Of a stretch of 64,000 nt of DNA, positions 61,055-64,000 are shown piece after piece (positions within the stretch are counted from its first letter, which is position 1; every line of letters begins with the position of its first letter). A model generated the notes under the pieces. It made no database searches. It worked only from the letters and a program-made list of their open reading frames with translations, and had not been told where the DNA came from. Source of the DNA: Saccostrea cucullata (lineage: Eukaryota); contig NW_026930434.1 in the NCBI RefSeq assembly GCF_032062105.1, forward strand, positions 62,001-126,000. Reading direction: 5' to 3'. The translations under genes and the position numbers were made by a program.

Positions 61055-62283
61055 GGTAGGATTCTTCTCTGGTTTCTGACTAGATGGAATATTCAAAGAA
61101 CATTTGTTGATATGCCTTATATATTTAGATGTATTAAAGAGATTTTAAAGACCATATTTTTCTTCCCTCATCACAATTATACAACTTTAAATAGAAATGG
61201 TAAACTGAAAACTAGCAGGGACTATATTTTTGGCGGAATGGTGGCAGTTGAAAATATCTTCTTTTCTGCCTCTCAAAATTATTATAGAACATTGAATTTA
61301 GTTATAATTTTTACGCAATCAAAGAGTAGACGAAATTTTCAAATGTAAGTAAAATTAATAATAAGGGACTAAAGTTTCAAAATATATCAAATAAATAAGA
61401 TTTTTCACACATATAAATATGTTGGCTTTTAAATGCTTAAAGTCTAAGCACAGATTTGAGCAAAAAATCTGTAAAAAGTGTTATTTCTCTCTAAGTAAAC
61501 GGTCAAAACTTTTAGTTTTTGTATCATTTTGTACCTTTATGTGACAACTTTACTACATGTATATGTGAAAATTGGAAAAAGTTAAATATAGGAAGCATAT
61601 AAAAATAACTAATAAATCCTAAAAAATTAAGAAAAGTAGAGGAAATTCGGATTAGCAAATATCCATTTTAAATTGTCCATGTCAATTTGGTAATATCATC
61701 TTATAGGCCCTATATGGTAGTACCTTTTTATGCAAAATGAAAAACATTCAATCTTTTGAATTACAAGTAGGGATCCAGGCACGTAGCATCGTTTTCGAAA
61801 GTGGGGGGGTCAACCTGAGAAAATTTTTTTTTTACTTACCTGAAAAAGTTGACAAGCAAAAAAAAAAAAAAAAAAAAAAAAAACTGAAAATTAAAAGTTG
61901 CCCCTCGAAAATCCTATTTCGTAGGGGGGGGGGGGGGGGGGGGGGGGGGGGTATTGGCTAACTTTTTTAAAGCCAAATTACTATCACTTCCATTTTTTCC
62001 TTACAATCCTTGCTATCACTATACTATGGTTATAAAGTGGGGGTCCAACCATCCTATCAATGAACATTTACTATAGTAAAGGTTATGTTGGGGAAAAAAT
62101 TTCAATTAGGTCATGATTTATTGGGGCCACTGGCAGGTAATTTTTTATTATTCTTAATGTAATAAAAGGGAACCTGCCTCTTTAAACGGTCAAATTGAAT
62201 ACTGATATCATCAAGTAATATTGTTTGATTCTGTAAATATTTCATTAATTTTTAAATACAAGAAATGTGAGAAGAATCCTACC
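61055..62283. mobile_element. Kolobok-like non-autonomous element (TTAA TSD, perfect 15-bp TIR)
   Basis: TTAA|GGTAGGATTCTTCTC ... GAGAAGAATCCTACC|TTAA; contains a partial CAGGCACGTAGC MITE from ~61777. Confidence 0.85.
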
Positions 62284-63529
62284 TTAACGGCAATGTAACG
62301 TCAAAATATAGTGTCAAGAATTTCTCAAATATACTATTTCTATACATTTCACAAAGTATACACATATAATCCAATGCCCAATCATTAAATCTTTTTTCTT
62401 ATACTTGAAATTCATTTTTAAAATTGCTCTCGTTGTATAATTTCCTTTGTTAGGATTTTAATTTCAGTTATAATAGGGTAAACAACTCTAAAGCGCCTAT
62501 GTCTTTCCTTGACGTTCAAACTCTTTAATGTTTTTGTTAAGATTTTTTTTTTATTTTACAGATAAACGCTTCTTCAAAAGATACAAAGAGTCACTCAAAT
62601 AATGTCTATACTATTTGTATATTTATATTTGTGACAATTTTTTTGATTCCTTCAACATTTTTTGAGTTTATTCAGGATTTTTCCTGTGTAAAAGACACAA
62701 TTGCATCGAGTCGACTGCTCCGTGACGTTCTACAACGTCATCGCTTTTGTCGTTTTCAACGAGGACTACCTATTTTCTCAAGCTTATTTCTTTTCAACAA
62801 AGCAAAATATTAAGTCATAATTTGGAATACGAATCGATGTAACAATTTTAAATTTGGATTTCTCGTTTGTTTTTCGTTTTTGCTTCATTTTACAGAGAAT
62901 ATGACTACAGACATTATTTAGTATTATTTAACCACTTTCTATGATACACACCCGATTTTTGCATTTTTAAAATCTGGATAAGTTTTGAAAAAATCGTGGT
63001 ATTTAAAAAATAAAATAATTTGGATTTATTGTTAAAATATTTCTACCAAATTTGGATAACATACGCAGGATAATAAACGTTTCTGAACTTTTCATTGTGT
63101 AAAATACTAGTCAAATTCAGAATATAGTCAAAGGACTAACAATTGGTATGAAGTGATATTACACGAATAAACATTCTAAATGGACTTTAAACTAGGTAGT
63201 TTGAAAAGTGAGCTTATGTATATACATGTAGTGATCGGGATGTCCTTTATTACATACTCTGCCATTGTGTGTAACGTTTATAAGTTAAAGCTCAATATAT
63301 ATAAATTTCGATTAAAATAAGTCACAATTTACGAAAGAGCTCAAGATTACATGCATGATTCAGACTTCATGTAAAAGAGAAATTTTGCAAAGTTAAAGGT
63401 TAAAAAATATTAATCTCAGCAAAGCAAAGGATGGACGTGGTTTCTGGTATACCGGTATTAATCTAACGTTCACATTTCATTACGACTTTTAAAAAATTCA
63501 CATTACATGCACTTACATCAATTTAGTCG

Positions 63530-64000
63530 TCTTGAAAAGCGGGAGGGTATATAGTAATCGGTATGTCCGTACTGACACGTCCGTCTGTTACGCTTGTGGG
63601 GTACCGCATCAAGTTTCTGGCACCAGATGAAATTCTTATATGAAGAATTACAAATTTCAATTAGGTCATGATTTATTTCGCCACTGGCAGCTCATTAATT
63701 ATGCGAATGTAATAAAAGGGAACCTGCAGACTGAAATGAATACTGAATCAAGGTCTGTTTGGTAAACAGCTGATAGTTGAAGGAGGATTTTGAAAATATC
63801 AGTCATTGTGTCTTCATACCACTGAAGGAAATTTAATGAAACTTTCTCAGAATCTTTATTACATATTGCCATTGTGCACCTCTAATTTTACTTTTTGATC
63901 TGGGCCCGGTTGTTCAAAAGATGATTAAATTAAACACAGTCTGTGACCTCCTATTTTACTTTTTGATCTGACGTATATTTTGGATTTTCCAGAGCAAAAC
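63530..64000 (-). mobile_element. Interrupted reverse copy of the ACTAGAGGTACTGTGAGC family, running off the window end
   Basis: CTTGAAAAGCGGGAGGGTATATAGTAATC (63531) and CATACCACTGAAGGAAATTTAATGAAACTTT...GTGCACCTC (63815-64000) match 53878-54166. Confidence 0.65.

Overview
AT-rich eukaryotic (animal) genomic DNA. The repeat repertoire and intron-rich genes point to a bivalve mollusc, probably an oyster (inference). Six protein-coding genes lie on the + strand: RHNO1-like (2 coding exons), ADI1 (4 exons), VPS51 (20 exons), TMEM30A/CDC50A (8 exons), a ZDHHC22-like palmitoyltransferase (2 exons) and an intronless orphan class-A GPCR. All spliced models were assembled by hand with GT-AG junctions and continuous reading frames. 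The rest is densely packed with mobile DNA: a CR1/L2-type LINE (PHD-APE-RT), a 200-bp RTE 3' fragment with an 11-bp TSD, a decayed Penelope-like remnant, tRNA-derived SINE pieces, Helentron/HINE-like elements carrying ~140-146 bp satellite arrays, and many MITEs (TA, TTAA, 5-, 7- and possibly 9-bp TSD types, some nested). There is no prokaryotic-type system or CRISPR array. The most striking observation is that the LINE is a mosaic: it carries exact 10-19 bp patches of the unique sequence lying ~3.2-3.4 kb downstream. This most likely reflects a heterozygous insertion collapsed into a chimeric consensus.
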